Of a DNA stretch of 64,000 bases, positions 46,097 to 55,253 are shown piece by piece. The stretch's first letter is position 1. Every line of letters begins with the position of its first letter. The notes under the pieces were generated by a model. It was not told the origin of the DNA. It did no database searches and saw only the letters and a list, made by a program, of their open reading frames with translations. A program made the translations under genes and the position numbers. The DNA comes from Candidatus Nanopelagicales bacterium (GTDB lineage Bacteria; Actinomycetota; Actinomycetes; S36-B12; UBA10799), in assembly GCA_041393775.1 (NCBI GenBank), contig JAWKJM010000005.1, positions 2,529-66,528 of the forward strand, given 5' to 3'.

Positions 46097-46245
46097 TTAG
46101 TGAATGCACGTGTGCCTTCTCTAACCTCGTGCACGTTCTCTAACGCGAGCGGTTTCCGCCCGGCATTTCCCGCCCGAATGGGCGGCCGACCACCGTCATG
46201 GACCTCTAACGCGAGCGATCTCCGCCCGGCTTTCTCCCGCCTGGC
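46097..46245 (+). repeat. Family-1 repeat, locus R10 (remainder of the interrupted hairpin, plus two C modules)
   Basis: Reads TTAGTGAATGCACGTGTGCCTTCTCTAACCTCGTGCACGTTCTCTAAC, then GCGAGCGGTTTCCGCCCGGCATTTCCCGCCCGAATGGGCGGCC.. and a second, more degenerate C module. Confidence 0.9.
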
Positions 46246-46261
46246 CCAAAGGGAACGGCGG

Positions 46262-47038
46262 CTACTTCTCCAAGTCCCAGATCCGGATGCCGCCGAGGAT
46301 TCCCGCGGTGTTCGCCACGATCTTGGCCTTGGGCCCGAGGTCCACGCTCGACAGGTGCTTGGCGTTGCCGCCACCGACGTAGATCTTGTCGTAGAACAGG
46401 AAGTCATCGAAGATCTGCATCGCGTTCACCACTCGCTTGCGCCACTCCTTCTTCCCGATCTCCTTGCGCGCGGCGTTTCCGACATAGTCGTCGAAATCGC
46501 CGTCGAACCCGGTCGGGGCATGCGACAACTCCATGTGCGGCAGCAGCTTGCCCTCGTGGAACACCGCGGTGCCACATCCGGTCCCGAGGGTCATGACGAA
46601 CTCGAAGCCGGTGCCTTCCACCACGGCGCATCCCTGGACGTCTGCGTCGTTGGCGACCTTGACCGGGATGTCGAATTCATCGGCCAGCGCGGTGGCCAGG
46701 TCATAGTTGTGCCAAGCGGTGGCCATCGACTCGTCCCTCGGCCCGCCGTACTCCAGCCGCGACAACGAGGGGATGTTGAGCACCCGCCCGCTGCGGACCA
46801 GGCCCGGGAAGCCCACCGAGGCACGACTGGCGGTGGGCAACTCGTCCTTGATCTGGGTCAGCATCTTGACCAACAAGGTGGGCGGACACGGATACGGGGT
46901 CTCGATCCGGACCCGGTCGGCGATCATCTGGCCGTTGATGTCCAGGACCGAACCCTTCAGCCCCGAACCGCCCACATCGATCGACAATGTCAGCACGTCC
47001 GGGGGCCAGATGGTGGTTGCGTGCGGGCTCTCGGTCAT
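46262..47038 (-). CDS. ppgK: Polyphosphate/ATP glucokinase (ROK family)
   Basis: 258 aa. ROK N-terminus LSIDVGGSGLKGSVLD. The size and sequence are typical of actinobacterial PpgK. Confidence 0.8.
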   Translation of the reverse strand: MTESPHATTIWPPDVLTLSIDVGGSGLKGSVLDINGQMIADRVRIETPYPCPPTLLVKMLTQIKDELPTASRASVGFPGLVRSGRVLNIPSLSRLEYGGPRDESMATAWHNYDLATALADEFDIPVKVANDADVQGCAVVEGTGFEFVMTLGTGCGTAVFHEGKLLPHMELSHAPTGFDGDFDDYVGNAARKEIGKKEWRKRVVNAMQIFDDFLFYDKIYVGGGNAKHLSSVDLGPKAKIVANTAGILGGIRIWDLEK

Positions 47039-47039
47039 G

Positions 47040-47891
47040 TCAACCCTCCGTAGTTGTCAGGATCTCGGACCCGGTTTCGGTGACCAGGACGGTGTGCTCG
47101 AACTGCGCCGTTCGCTTCCGGTCCTTCGTCACCACCGTCCAGCCGTCGTCCCAGATCTCGTAGTTGATGGTTCCGAGCGTGAGCATAGGCTCAATGGTGA
47201 ACGTCATGCCTGTTTCCAGGACCAGGTCGGCTGCCGGGTCGTCGTAGTGGGGGACGATCAGCCCGGAGTGGAAGGCCGTGCCGATCCCATGCCCCGTGAA
47301 GTCACGGACGACTCCGTAGTGGAATCGCTTCGCGTACGACTCGATCACTCTGCCGACGACGTTGAGCGTGCGCCCCGGGGCCACGGCTTTGATGGCCCGT
47401 AGGGTCGCAGTCCTGGTTCGCTCGACGAGCAACCGCGACTCCTCGTCGACGTCACCGGCCAGGAACGTCGCGTTCGTGTCCCCGTGGACACCGCCGATGA
47501 AAGCCGTGATGTCGATGTTCACGATGTCACCGTCCCGCACGACTGTGGAATCGGGGATCCCGTGGCAGATGACCTCGTTGAGCGACGTACACAGCGACTT
47601 GGGGAAACCGCGGTAGCCCAGCGTCGATGGGTACGCGCCGTGGTCGCACAGGAACTCGTGACCGATCTGGTCGAGTCGGTCGGTGGTCACTCCGGGCACG
47701 ATGTTGCGCCCGACCTCCTGCAGGGCCTCCGCCGCCAGTCGGCCCGCGATCCGCATCGCGGCGATGGTTTCGGCGTCCTTGACCTCGGGGCCCAGGTATG
47801 GAGTCGGCTGCGGCCGGCCGACGTACTCAGGACGTTCGATGGACGCGGGCACCGTACGCAGGGGGGAGATGCGACCAGGGGCGAGAGTCAT
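47040..47891 (-). CDS. map: Type I methionyl aminopeptidase (type Ic, with an N-terminal extension)
   Basis: Metal ligand regions [25 protein letters not shown] and EHT. Confidence 0.93.
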   Translation of the reverse strand: MTLAPGRISPLRTVPASIERPEYVGRPQPTPYLGPEVKDAETIAAMRIAGRLAAEALQEVGRNIVPGVTTDRLDQIGHEFLCDHGAYPSTLGYRGFPKSLCTSLNEVICHGIPDSTVVRDGDIVNIDITAFIGGVHGDTNATFLAGDVDEESRLLVERTRTATLRAIKAVAPGRTLNVVGRVIESYAKRFHYGVVRDFTGHGIGTAFHSGLIVPHYDDPAADLVLETGMTFTIEPMLTLGTINYEIWDDGWTVVTKDRKRTAQFEHTVLVTETGSEILTTTEG

Positions 47892-47943
47892 AAGAATGAG
47901 TCTAGGTGCCAGTATCTAACCGGACCCAACTTCGGAGGATGTC

Positions 47944-48144
47944 ATGAAGTGGTACTACTGCCTCGTCCACAACCGCGTCGAGCCCGAGAAGGGCTGTGCG
48001 AACTCCGAGCGACTCGGACCCTACGACTCCGAGGAGCAGGCATCCCACGCCTTCGAGATTGCTGCCAAGCGCAACGAGGAGTGGGACGCTGGCGAGAACG
48101 AGTGGGGTCAGGGCAAGCCGGGGGTCGCGGAGGACCTCGAGTGA
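47944..48144 (+). CDS. Small conserved-looking hypothetical protein (66 aa)
   Basis: MKWYYCLVHNRVEPEKGCANSERLGPYDSEEQA... The composition is clean, with good GC3 in the codons I read. Confidence 0.55.
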   Translation: MKWYYCLVHNRVEPEKGCANSERLGPYDSEEQASHAFEIAAKRNEEWDAGENEWGQGKPGVAEDLE

Positions 48145-48225
48145 AGGTCGTTGTCTTCTGGTGACGATGGATCACGGCGCCGCGCCCGCGCGTGTGCTGC
48201 GAGGTGCACTGGCAGACTGGCCCGT

Positions 48226-48873
48226 ATGACAGGGAATGCGACCGTAGCTGTACTTGGTGGTACGGGCCCGCAGGGCCGTGGGCTCGCGGTGCGATGGGCA
48301 GGGGTGGGCGTCGACGTGGTCCTCGGCTCGCGGGACCCCCAACGCGCGCGGGCGGCTGCTGCGGAGATCGGGCCGGGCGTGCGAGGCGTCGGCAACGCCG
48401 AGGCGGCCCAGGAGGCGGACATCGTGGTCGTGGCCGTGCCGTACGACGGGCATGCCGACACGATCGCGGATGTGGAACAGGCGGTCCGCGGGAAGATCCT
48501 CATCGACTGTGTGAACCCGCTCGGGTTCGACAAGCAGGGGGCGTTCGCGCTAGAGGTGCCGGAGGGCTCCGCAGCGCAGCAAGCCGCCGCGCTGGCGCCC
48601 GGTGCCCGGGTAGTGGCCGCCTTCCATCACGTGAGTTCCGTGCTGCTGCTGGACCCCGAGCGTGAACTCGACATCGACGTCCTCGTCCTCGGGGATGATC
48701 GGGAGGCCGCCGACGAGGTGATTTCGCTGGCCGATCTTGTCCCGGGCATGCGCGGCGTCTTCGCCGGGAGGTTGCGCAACGCAGGCCAGGTCGAGGCGCT
48801 GACCGCCAATCTCATCTCCATCAACCGCCGGTACAAGGTCCACGCCGGGATACGAGTGACCGACCTGCCCTAG
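48226..48873 (+). CDS. npdG: NADPH-dependent F420 reductase
   Basis: Internal ATG at 48226. The Rossmann N-terminus is VAVLGGTGPQGRGLAVRWA. The length (about 215 aa) and sequence are typical of NpdG. Confidence 0.8.
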   Translation: MTGNATVAVLGGTGPQGRGLAVRWAGVGVDVVLGSRDPQRARAAAAEIGPGVRGVGNAEAAQEADIVVVAVPYDGHADTIADVEQAVRGKILIDCVNPLGFDKQGAFALEVPEGSAAQQAAALAPGARVVAAFHHVSSVLLLDPERELDIDVLVLGDDREAADEVISLADLVPGMRGVFAGRLRNAGQVEALTANLISINRRYKVHAGIRVTDLP

Positions 48874-48883
48874 TCTGTCGCCC

Positions 48884-49186
48884 ATGTTCCGCGCCTTGCC
48901 CGAGGACGACCTCCACGCTCGTGTGGAGCGCGCCTTCACGGCCGAGCGGCTTCTCACCAAACTCGGATGGCTCATGCTCGCGCTCGGCGTCATCGGCATC
49001 GTCGTCGTGGTCGCCCAGTTGGCACTGGGCAACACCTCCTGGCAGCGCGCAGCGGCAGGCGTCCTCGGCATCGTGGCTGCGACTGTTCTGTCGGGCGCCA
49101 CAGCCTACGGCGCCGGGACCAACGTCGGGCTTTCCGCGGTCAATTTGAAGCTCCGTCTGCAGGAGCGGCAGCCCCCGTTGTCGTGA
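48884..49186 (+). CDS. Small membrane protein (two TM helices)
   Basis: 100-aa ORF with hydrophobic helices LGWLMLALGVIGIVVVVAQLAL and VLGIVAATVLSGATAY. The 3' end overlaps the convergent ATPase gene. Confidence 0.5.
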   Translation: MFRALPEDDLHARVERAFTAERLLTKLGWLMLALGVIGIVVVVAQLALGNTSWQRAAAGVLGIVAATVLSGATAYGAGTNVGLSAVNLKLRLQERQPPLS

Positions 49187-51863
49187 CCGGCCTCCGGGCG
49201 CGGCGGAACGCCTTGGACGCCTCCATCACCGCCGGGACCAGGAGGGACAGACAGGCGACGGCGAGCCAGTTCGACCCGGTGAGAGAGGTGGTGTCGAGCA
49301 CCCTCTGGAAGAAGTCCGTCTCCACCGCCACCACGGTCAGCACTGCGGGTACGGCCATCCACGCGAAGTAGGGGAGGTAGGGCCCGGCGGTAGCGGGTAG
49401 CAGGTCCCGGCGCGCGGAAACCGCGAGTAGAACCGTGCTGATCGCCAGGATCGCGAACGTCATCGTCTGGGTACGCTGGGGGCCGAGTTCCTGCTGCCAC
49501 AGGAACGGAAGCAGGCAGGCGCTGGCCTGAACGAGGCCGAAGACGATCCATCGGGGGGTGGTCGTGGCGTTCAGGATGGTCAGGCGGGGGTCCCGTGGTG
49601 GTGCGGTCATGATCCCTGGTTCGGTGCTGTCCGTTGAGATCGCCAACGCGGGGAAGAGGCCGATGAGGAACGAGACGAACAGCAATTGCAGGGGCGTGAG
49701 CACCGAGCCAGAGTTGAGGTCGAGGATGCTGCCGGCGAGCATGACCGCCACGAAGCCGAACAGCCCGATCAGGACGTACCGAATCTGTGCGGTGATCTTG
49801 CCGTAGATGTCGCGGCCAAGTTCGATGGCATGGACCAGGGTCGCGAAGTTGTCGTCGGTGAGGATCATCTTCGCCGACTCCTTGGACACCTCGCTTCCAC
49901 TCCCCATTGCAACCCCGACGTCGGCCTTCTTCAGGGCCGCGGCGTCGTTCACCGCGTCACCGGTCATCGCCACGATCTCACTGCGCTCCTGCATGACCGA
50001 GACCAGGCGCAGTTTGTCCTCTGGCGCTACCCGTCCGAAGATGTGTAACGCGGGAAGGCGTTCGTAGACCTGGGCGTCGGAGAGTGCCTGGAACTCCGGA
50101 CCGGTGATGACCCCCGGTCCGAGGCCGAGGTCCGAACCGATGGCACGGGCGGTCACTGCGTGGTCGCCCGTGATCATCCGCACGTCGATGCCCGCCGCCA
50201 GCGCGGTGCGTACGGCGTCCTTGGCTGACGGTCTGAGCGGGTCGATGATCCCGACCAGAGCGACGAACGTCAACTCGGTCACGGCCGCCAAGGGGTCGTC
50301 CTGCACCCGCGGCAGGTCGTCGACCGCCATTCGTCTGATCGCGAAAGACATCACCCGCAATCCTCGTTGCGCCAATTCCTCGTTGGCCTGCAGGATCTGG
50401 TCGCGGACCACCTCCACCGGCACCACCCGGTCATCGACGTACCCGGTCGTACAGCGCTCCAGCACCACGTCCGGGGCGCCCTTGATCAGCCCTATGAGTT
50501 CGGTCTGCTGGTCCATAGGGGCCAGATGGTAGGTCGCCATGAACTTGTACACCGAGTCGAACGGAACCTCCGCCTCGCGTCGGTACTCCCTGCGGGAGGT
50601 CTGCGCGTCGACGCCCATCTTGGCCGCCAGGACGACGAGCGCGGCCTCAGTAGGATCGCCGATCACATCTCCCGTGTCGTCCACGGTGGCGTCCCCGCAC
50701 AGGGCCAGACCGTAGCCGAGGGCGTCGAAATCGGGCTCGGTGCGACCTGCCGCGTGCAGAATCGCTCCGGATTTCTGGTACCCAGTGCCCTCGATGGTGA
50801 ACCATTGACCGAACGCGAACATGCGTGTCGCGGTCATCATGTCCATGGTCAGGGTGCCGGTCTTGTCGCTGTTGATGGCGCTGGTGACACCCAGCGTCTC
50901 CACGTCGTTGAGGTTCTTGACGACGGCCTTCGCCTTGGCCAGGCGCTGCGCGCCGTAGGACAGCATCGCGGTAAGGAACGTGGGCAGGCCCGACGGGATG
51001 GCTGCGATCGCCGTGGTGATACCGAGCAGGACGATGGCGTTCAGGTCCCCGCCACGCCACACTCCAAGTCCCACGATGATGGCCACGGCTCCCCAGGCCA
51101 CCCACATCAGCCGGATCGAGAGACTGCGCATCTCCTTCTGCAGTGGGGATGCCACAGGCTCCACCGCGTTGAGCATGTCGGCGATCCTGCCCATCTCGGT
51201 GTTGGCGCCGGTCCCGGTCACGACGAACGTCGCCGTGCCCCGGGTCACCGAGGTGTTCTGGAAGAGCATGTTGCCGCGGTCACCGAGCGCGGCGTCAGGG
51301 TTGTGCAAGACCTCTGCGTCCTTGCCCACCGGCGCGCTCTCGCCAGTCAACGCGCTCTCCGCGACCTCCAATGCGGCCGAGGTGATGATCCGCCCATCGG
51401 CCGGGATCAGGTCGCCGGCCTCCACCACCACCACGTCGCCCGGCACCAGGTGCTCAGCGGGGATCTCGACGGTCGTCCCGGACCGGACCGCGCGGGCGCT
51501 CGGGACCTGCAGCGACGCCAGGGCTGCGACGCTGGCCTGCGCCTTGAGTTCCTGTCGCGACCCGAGGACGACGTTTAGGAGTACCAGGAACCCGACCAGC
51601 AGCGCGGTCTCCTCCTGGGCGATCACCACAGACACCAGGGCCACGACAGTGAGCATCACGTTCATCGGTTCGGCCCATTGCCGCAGCGCGATCCGCCACG
51701 CGGTCGGGGTGGGGGATCGGGGCAGGACGTTCGGACCGTACCGATCCAGGCGCTGCTCCGCCTCAGTGGCACTGAGTCCCTCGTCGGGGCTGGTGCCGAG
51801 TGCGGTCACCACGCTGTCCGCGCTCTGGGTGTACACGAGTCGCTCCGAGACCGACTGGGTCAT
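49140..51863 (-). CDS. Cation-transporting P2-type ATPase (CtpF/Ca2+-ATPase-like)
   Basis: 907 aa. Phosphorylation site SDKTGTLT, TGES, hinge MTGDAVNDAAALKKADVGVAMG, and 10 predicted TM helices. Confidence 0.92.
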   Translation of the reverse strand: MTQSVSERLVYTQSADSVVTALGTSPDEGLSATEAEQRLDRYGPNVLPRSPTPTAWRIALRQWAEPMNVMLTVVALVSVVIAQEETALLVGFLVLLNVVLGSRQELKAQASVAALASLQVPSARAVRSGTTVEIPAEHLVPGDVVVVEAGDLIPADGRIITSAALEVAESALTGESAPVGKDAEVLHNPDAALGDRGNMLFQNTSVTRGTATFVVTGTGANTEMGRIADMLNAVEPVASPLQKEMRSLSIRLMWVAWGAVAIIVGLGVWRGGDLNAIVLLGITTAIAAIPSGLPTFLTAMLSYGAQRLAKAKAVVKNLNDVETLGVTSAINSDKTGTLTMDMMTATRMFAFGQWFTIEGTGYQKSGAILHAAGRTEPDFDALGYGLALCGDATVDDTGDVIGDPTEAALVVLAAKMGVDAQTSRREYRREAEVPFDSVYKFMATYHLAPMDQQTELIGLIKGAPDVVLERCTTGYVDDRVVPVEVVRDQILQANEELAQRGLRVMSFAIRRMAVDDLPRVQDDPLAAVTELTFVALVGIIDPLRPSAKDAVRTALAAGIDVRMITGDHAVTARAIGSDLGLGPGVITGPEFQALSDAQVYERLPALHIFGRVAPEDKLRLVSVMQERSEIVAMTGDAVNDAAALKKADVGVAMGSGSEVSKESAKMILTDDNFATLVHAIELGRDIYGKITAQIRYVLIGLFGFVAVMLAGSILDLNSGSVLTPLQLLFVSFLIGLFPALAISTDSTEPGIMTAPPRDPRLTILNATTTPRWIVFGLVQASACLLPFLWQQELGPQRTQTMTFAILAISTVLLAVSARRDLLPATAGPYLPYFAWMAVPAVLTVVAVETDFFQRVLDTTSLTGSNWLAVACLSLLVPAVMEASKAFRRARRPVTTTGAAAPADGASN

Positions 51864-51947
51864 CGAATCACCTTCGCAGTATCGATTACTCCCACCGTAG
51901 GACGCTCGGGCTCCCGGTTGCCGATCAGTAACCGGTCTTGCGGCTGC

Positions 51948-52775
51948 TTAGCGGTACTGGTGCTCCGGGCCCGGGTACTGCCCGGCGACGACTTCTTCGG
52001 CCCATTGCTGGACCGCGCCGGTCAGCACGGAGCGCAGGTCGGCGTACTGCTTGACGAACTTCGGCGGCGTGCCCGGTGTCAATCCCGCCATGTCCTGCCA
52101 GACGAGAACCTGTGCGTCGGTGCCGGCGCCCGCGCCGATCCCGATCGTGGGTATCGACACGGCGGTCGTGACGGCGGCAGCCAGATCGGCCGGGACGACC
52201 TCGAGCACTGTGGCGAAAGCGCCGGCCTTCTCCATGTGCTTCGCGTCCAGGATGAGTCGCTGGCCGGCCTCGCCGCGGCCCTGCACCTTGTAGCCGCCGA
52301 ACTGGTGGACCGACTGCGGGGTCAGCCCGAGATGGGCCATCACTGGGATCCCGGAACTGGTAAGCAGTTCGACGTGGGGGAGCACCCGCTCGCCGCCCTC
52401 CAGTTTCACCGCGTGAGCGCCGGCCTCCTTCATGAACCGGGTGGCCGTCGCCAATGCCTGCTGTGGCGACTCCTGGTAGGAGCCGAAGGGAAGGTCGGCG
52501 ACCACCATCGCGCGCTGGGATCCTCGAACGACGGCTGCGACCAGGGGGATCAACTCGTCCACGGTGACCGGAATCGTGGAATCGTGGCCGTAGACGACCA
52601 TGGCCGCGGAGTCCCCGACCAGCATCACGGGGATGCCGGCCGCATCGAACAGGCCGGCGGTGAGGGCGTCGTAGGCGGTGATCATCGGCCATTTCTCGCC
52701 GCGTTCCTTGGCGGCAAAGAGGTCCTTGGTCGTCACGCGACGACCGCTGGCAGGGCCATAAAGGGAATCGGACAT
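51948..52775 (-). CDS. panB: 3-methyl-2-oxobutanoate hydroxymethyltransferase
   Basis: Start at 52775, with SD GGAGG 9 nt upstream (MSDSLYGP...). Contains MITAYD, VGDS, KLEGG, GHLGLTPQ and IGIGAG motifs. Confidence 0.93.
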   Translation of the reverse strand: MSDSLYGPASGRRVTTKDLFAAKERGEKWPMITAYDALTAGLFDAAGIPVMLVGDSAAMVVYGHDSTIPVTVDELIPLVAAVVRGSQRAMVVADLPFGSYQESPQQALATATRFMKEAGAHAVKLEGGERVLPHVELLTSSGIPVMAHLGLTPQSVHQFGGYKVQGRGEAGQRLILDAKHMEKAGAFATVLEVVPADLAAAVTTAVSIPTIGIGAGAGTDAQVLVWQDMAGLTPGTPPKFVKQYADLRSVLTGAVQQWAEEVVAGQYPGPEHQYR

Positions 52776-52959
52776 GGGAGCAACCTCCAAAGCCTCGAGG
52801 CTCACGGTGAGTCCCCGGACGCCTCTATGGTGACACAGAACGGCCGATTCCGGCCAGAGCGACGTGCGGGCCAGGGTCGGGGCCAGGGCGCGGTTGTGAG
52901 CCTGCGAAGGCCGCCGTTAGACTTTCGGAACGACATCGTTTCGAAATCGGAGCCGCGAC

Positions 52960-54663
52960 ATGGATGAACGCACGGACCATCCCGACACTCACACCGGGCA
53001 TGCCCGGCGGTGGCAGATCCTGGCTGTTCTGCTGGTCAGCCTGCTGGTGGTCGTGCTGGACAACACGGTGCTCAACGTGGCATTGAAGACCATCCAGGAG
53101 GACCTGGAGGCCAGCCAGAACCAGATCGTCTGGGCGATCAACTCGTACACGCTGGTGTTCGCAGCCCTCCTGTTCACCTGGGGTGTCCTGGGCGATAGGT
53201 ACGGCCGCAAGCGGATTCTGGTGATCGGCATGCTGCTCTTCGGATTCGCATCGGGGCTCAGTGCCTTCGCCACGGATCCGATGCAGCTGATCCTCGCGCG
53301 TGGGTTCATGGGGGTAGGCGGGGCGTCGGTGCTGCCCGTCACGCTGGCCATCATCACGGTGGTCTTCCCGCCGCACGAACGGGGCAGGGCGATCGGCCTG
53401 TGGGCGGCCTCGGTCGGCGGTGCGGTGGCCATCGGCCCGCTGCTCGGAGGGTTCCTGCTCGAGCACTTCTGGTGGGGCTCGGTGTTCCTGATCAACGTCC
53501 CGATCGTGATCGTCGGTGTCATCGGGATCCTGATCCTGGTACCCGAGTCGCGCAACCCCAACCCCGGGCGACTCGATCCGCTGGGCCTGCTGATGAGCAT
53601 CACAGGCTTGTTGCTGCTGGTATACGGCATCCAGCACGGCGGTGACACTCAGGAGTGGCTGAGCATCGGAGCCGCCGGTGCCATCGTCACCGGTGCCGCC
53701 ATCCTGTTCGCGTTCCTGTGGTTGGAGATCCGCAGCGATCACCCTTCCCTGGACATCTCGCTGTTTGCCATCAAGTCGTTCTCGGCGTCGTTGACGACCG
53801 TTTCGTTGACGTTCGCGGCCATGACCGGGTCGCTGCTGTTCCTGGCGTTCTACATGCAACTGGTCCGCGGTTACAGCCCCTTGCAGGCTGGGGCCTTCAC
53901 CTTGCCGGTGGCCGTCGGACAGTTGTTGGCTGCACCGCGCAGCGCCAAGATGGTCGAGCGGTTCGGCGCCCGCAAAGTCATCAGTTTCGGGCTGATTCTG
54001 GCGGGAGTGGTCTTCGCCTCGTTCACGCTGCTGCAGCCGGAGACCCCCGCGTGGGTGTTGCTCGTCACGTGGTTCCTGCTCGGCTTCGGCCTAGGGAACG
54101 TGATCGCACCGGCAACCACCCGGATGACTCTGGCCGTCCCGCCGGAGAAGTCCGGGGCGGGGTCGGCGGTGCAGAACACCGTGCGGCAGGTGGCAGCGGC
54201 ACTCGGTATCGCCGTGTTGTCATCGGTCGTCGCCGTTGTCTACAGCAACTCCATCAAGGGGCAGTCGCAGATCATGGATCTTCCGCAGCAGTTGCAGGCG
54301 CCTGTCACAGATTCCATCGGAGGAGCCTTCGAGGCTACCGATCGGGCGGTTGCGGCTGGGGCGCTCGACGTGCAGCAGGCTGCCGGCATCGAAGCCGCCG
54401 CGATCGACTCGTTCATGCAGGCGTTTCATCTCGCGGCTCTGGGCGCGGCCCTGCTGATTTTGATCGCGCTTGCTGCCCTGCTGTTGCGGCTGCCTGCCCA
54501 AGCCGAGCACGCAGCCTGGGGAGGCCATGCGGGTCACGCCGACGTGGACACACATCTGGCTCCGGACGCCTTCGAAGGCGAGGCGGAGGACGACCAGACC
54601 CCGGCCGCCGCTGATCCCATGGAACGTACCGGGCGCCCGGATGCGGGGCCGGGTTCGCAATGA
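52960..54663 (+). CDS. MFS transporter, DHA2 (EmrB/QacA, 14-TMS) drug:H+ antiporter family
   Basis: 567 aa. Contains VVLDNTVLNVALKTIQEDL and GDRYGRKR motifs. About 14 hydrophobic segments. Confidence 0.88.
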   Translation: MDERTDHPDTHTGHARRWQILAVLLVSLLVVVLDNTVLNVALKTIQEDLEASQNQIVWAINSYTLVFAALLFTWGVLGDRYGRKRILVIGMLLFGFASGLSAFATDPMQLILARGFMGVGGASVLPVTLAIITVVFPPHERGRAIGLWAASVGGAVAIGPLLGGFLLEHFWWGSVFLINVPIVIVGVIGILILVPESRNPNPGRLDPLGLLMSITGLLLLVYGIQHGGDTQEWLSIGAAGAIVTGAAILFAFLWLEIRSDHPSLDISLFAIKSFSASLTTVSLTFAAMTGSLLFLAFYMQLVRGYSPLQAGAFTLPVAVGQLLAAPRSAKMVERFGARKVISFGLILAGVVFASFTLLQPETPAWVLLVTWFLLGFGLGNVIAPATTRMTLAVPPEKSGAGSAVQNTVRQVAAALGIAVLSSVVAVVYSNSIKGQSQIMDLPQQLQAPVTDSIGGAFEATDRAVAAGALDVQQAAGIEAAAIDSFMQAFHLAALGAALLILIALAALLLRLPAQAEHAAWGGHAGHADVDTHLAPDAFEGEAEDDQTPAAADPMERTGRPDAGPGSQ

Positions 54664-55253
54664 CGAGCCCCCCGGCCACAGGTCGACCCCGGGACCCGCG
54701 TGTGGATCGAGCGGTGATCGAGCACTTGGTCGATCTGCTGGCGGAGCGGGGACCGGATGGATTCTCGGTCGACGAACTCGCAGCATGTTCTGGTGTCGGG
54801 AAGGCTGCGATCTACCGGCGGTACCGGTCGCGTGATGAGTTGATCGAGGCAGGCTTCGCGTCGATCAACGAGAGCATGCCCGACGTGTCCCGAATGCCGG
54901 TGCGCGAGGCCTTGGTGACGTTGCTGCAGTGGGTGTCGGGTGCGCATGCGGGGGGAATGACCCCCACCTGGCTGCTGGGCATGCAGCACAATCCGCAGAT
55001 CAAGGACTTGTACATGAGCCGGGTCGTCCAACCCCGTAGGGAGGCCATCAGATCGGTGTTGCGCCGCGGGTGTGCCGAGGGGTTGCTGGACCCGGACCTG
55101 GACCTGGAGGTGGCGCTGACCTGCCTGAGTGCGCCTGCGGTCGTGCTGGGGATGCATCGCGCGCGCGGCTACCGATCCGGCGCCACGATCGCGGGAGTGG
55201 TGGACATGGCCCTGGCGGGGATGCTCAAGGGTGCTCCCGCCAGCGATTCGTGA
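54660..55253 (+). CDS. TetR family transcriptional regulator
   Basis: HTH reads FSVDELAACSGVGKAAIYRRYRSRDELI. There is a 4-nt overlap with the MFS gene. Confidence 0.88.
   Translation: MTSPPATGRPRDPRVDRAVIEHLVDLLAERGPDGFSVDELAACSGVGKAAIYRRYRSRDELIEAGFASINESMPDVSRMPVREALVTLLQWVSGAHAGGMTPTWLLGMQHNPQIKDLYMSRVVQPRREAIRSVLRRGCAEGLLDPDLDLEVALTCLSAPAVVLGMHRARGYRSGATIAGVVDMALAGMLKGAPASDS

Noticed and set aside
4342-46245. Family-1 repeats as CRISPR arrays
   Set aside because: The recurring CGAGGTTAGAGA units are only 7-19 bp apart and are arranged as inverted arms of one hairpin. There are no unique 30-40-bp spacers. Each locus has at most a few units. No cas genes or leader-like sequence are present in the window.
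4342-46245. Family-1 hairpins as integron attC sites delimiting gene cassettes
   Set aside because: No tyrosine-recombinase (IntI) gene or attI is in the window. The repeats occur in both orientations. The intervening blocks are multi-gene units with their own regulators and promoters on both strands, unlike promoterless single-gene cassettes.
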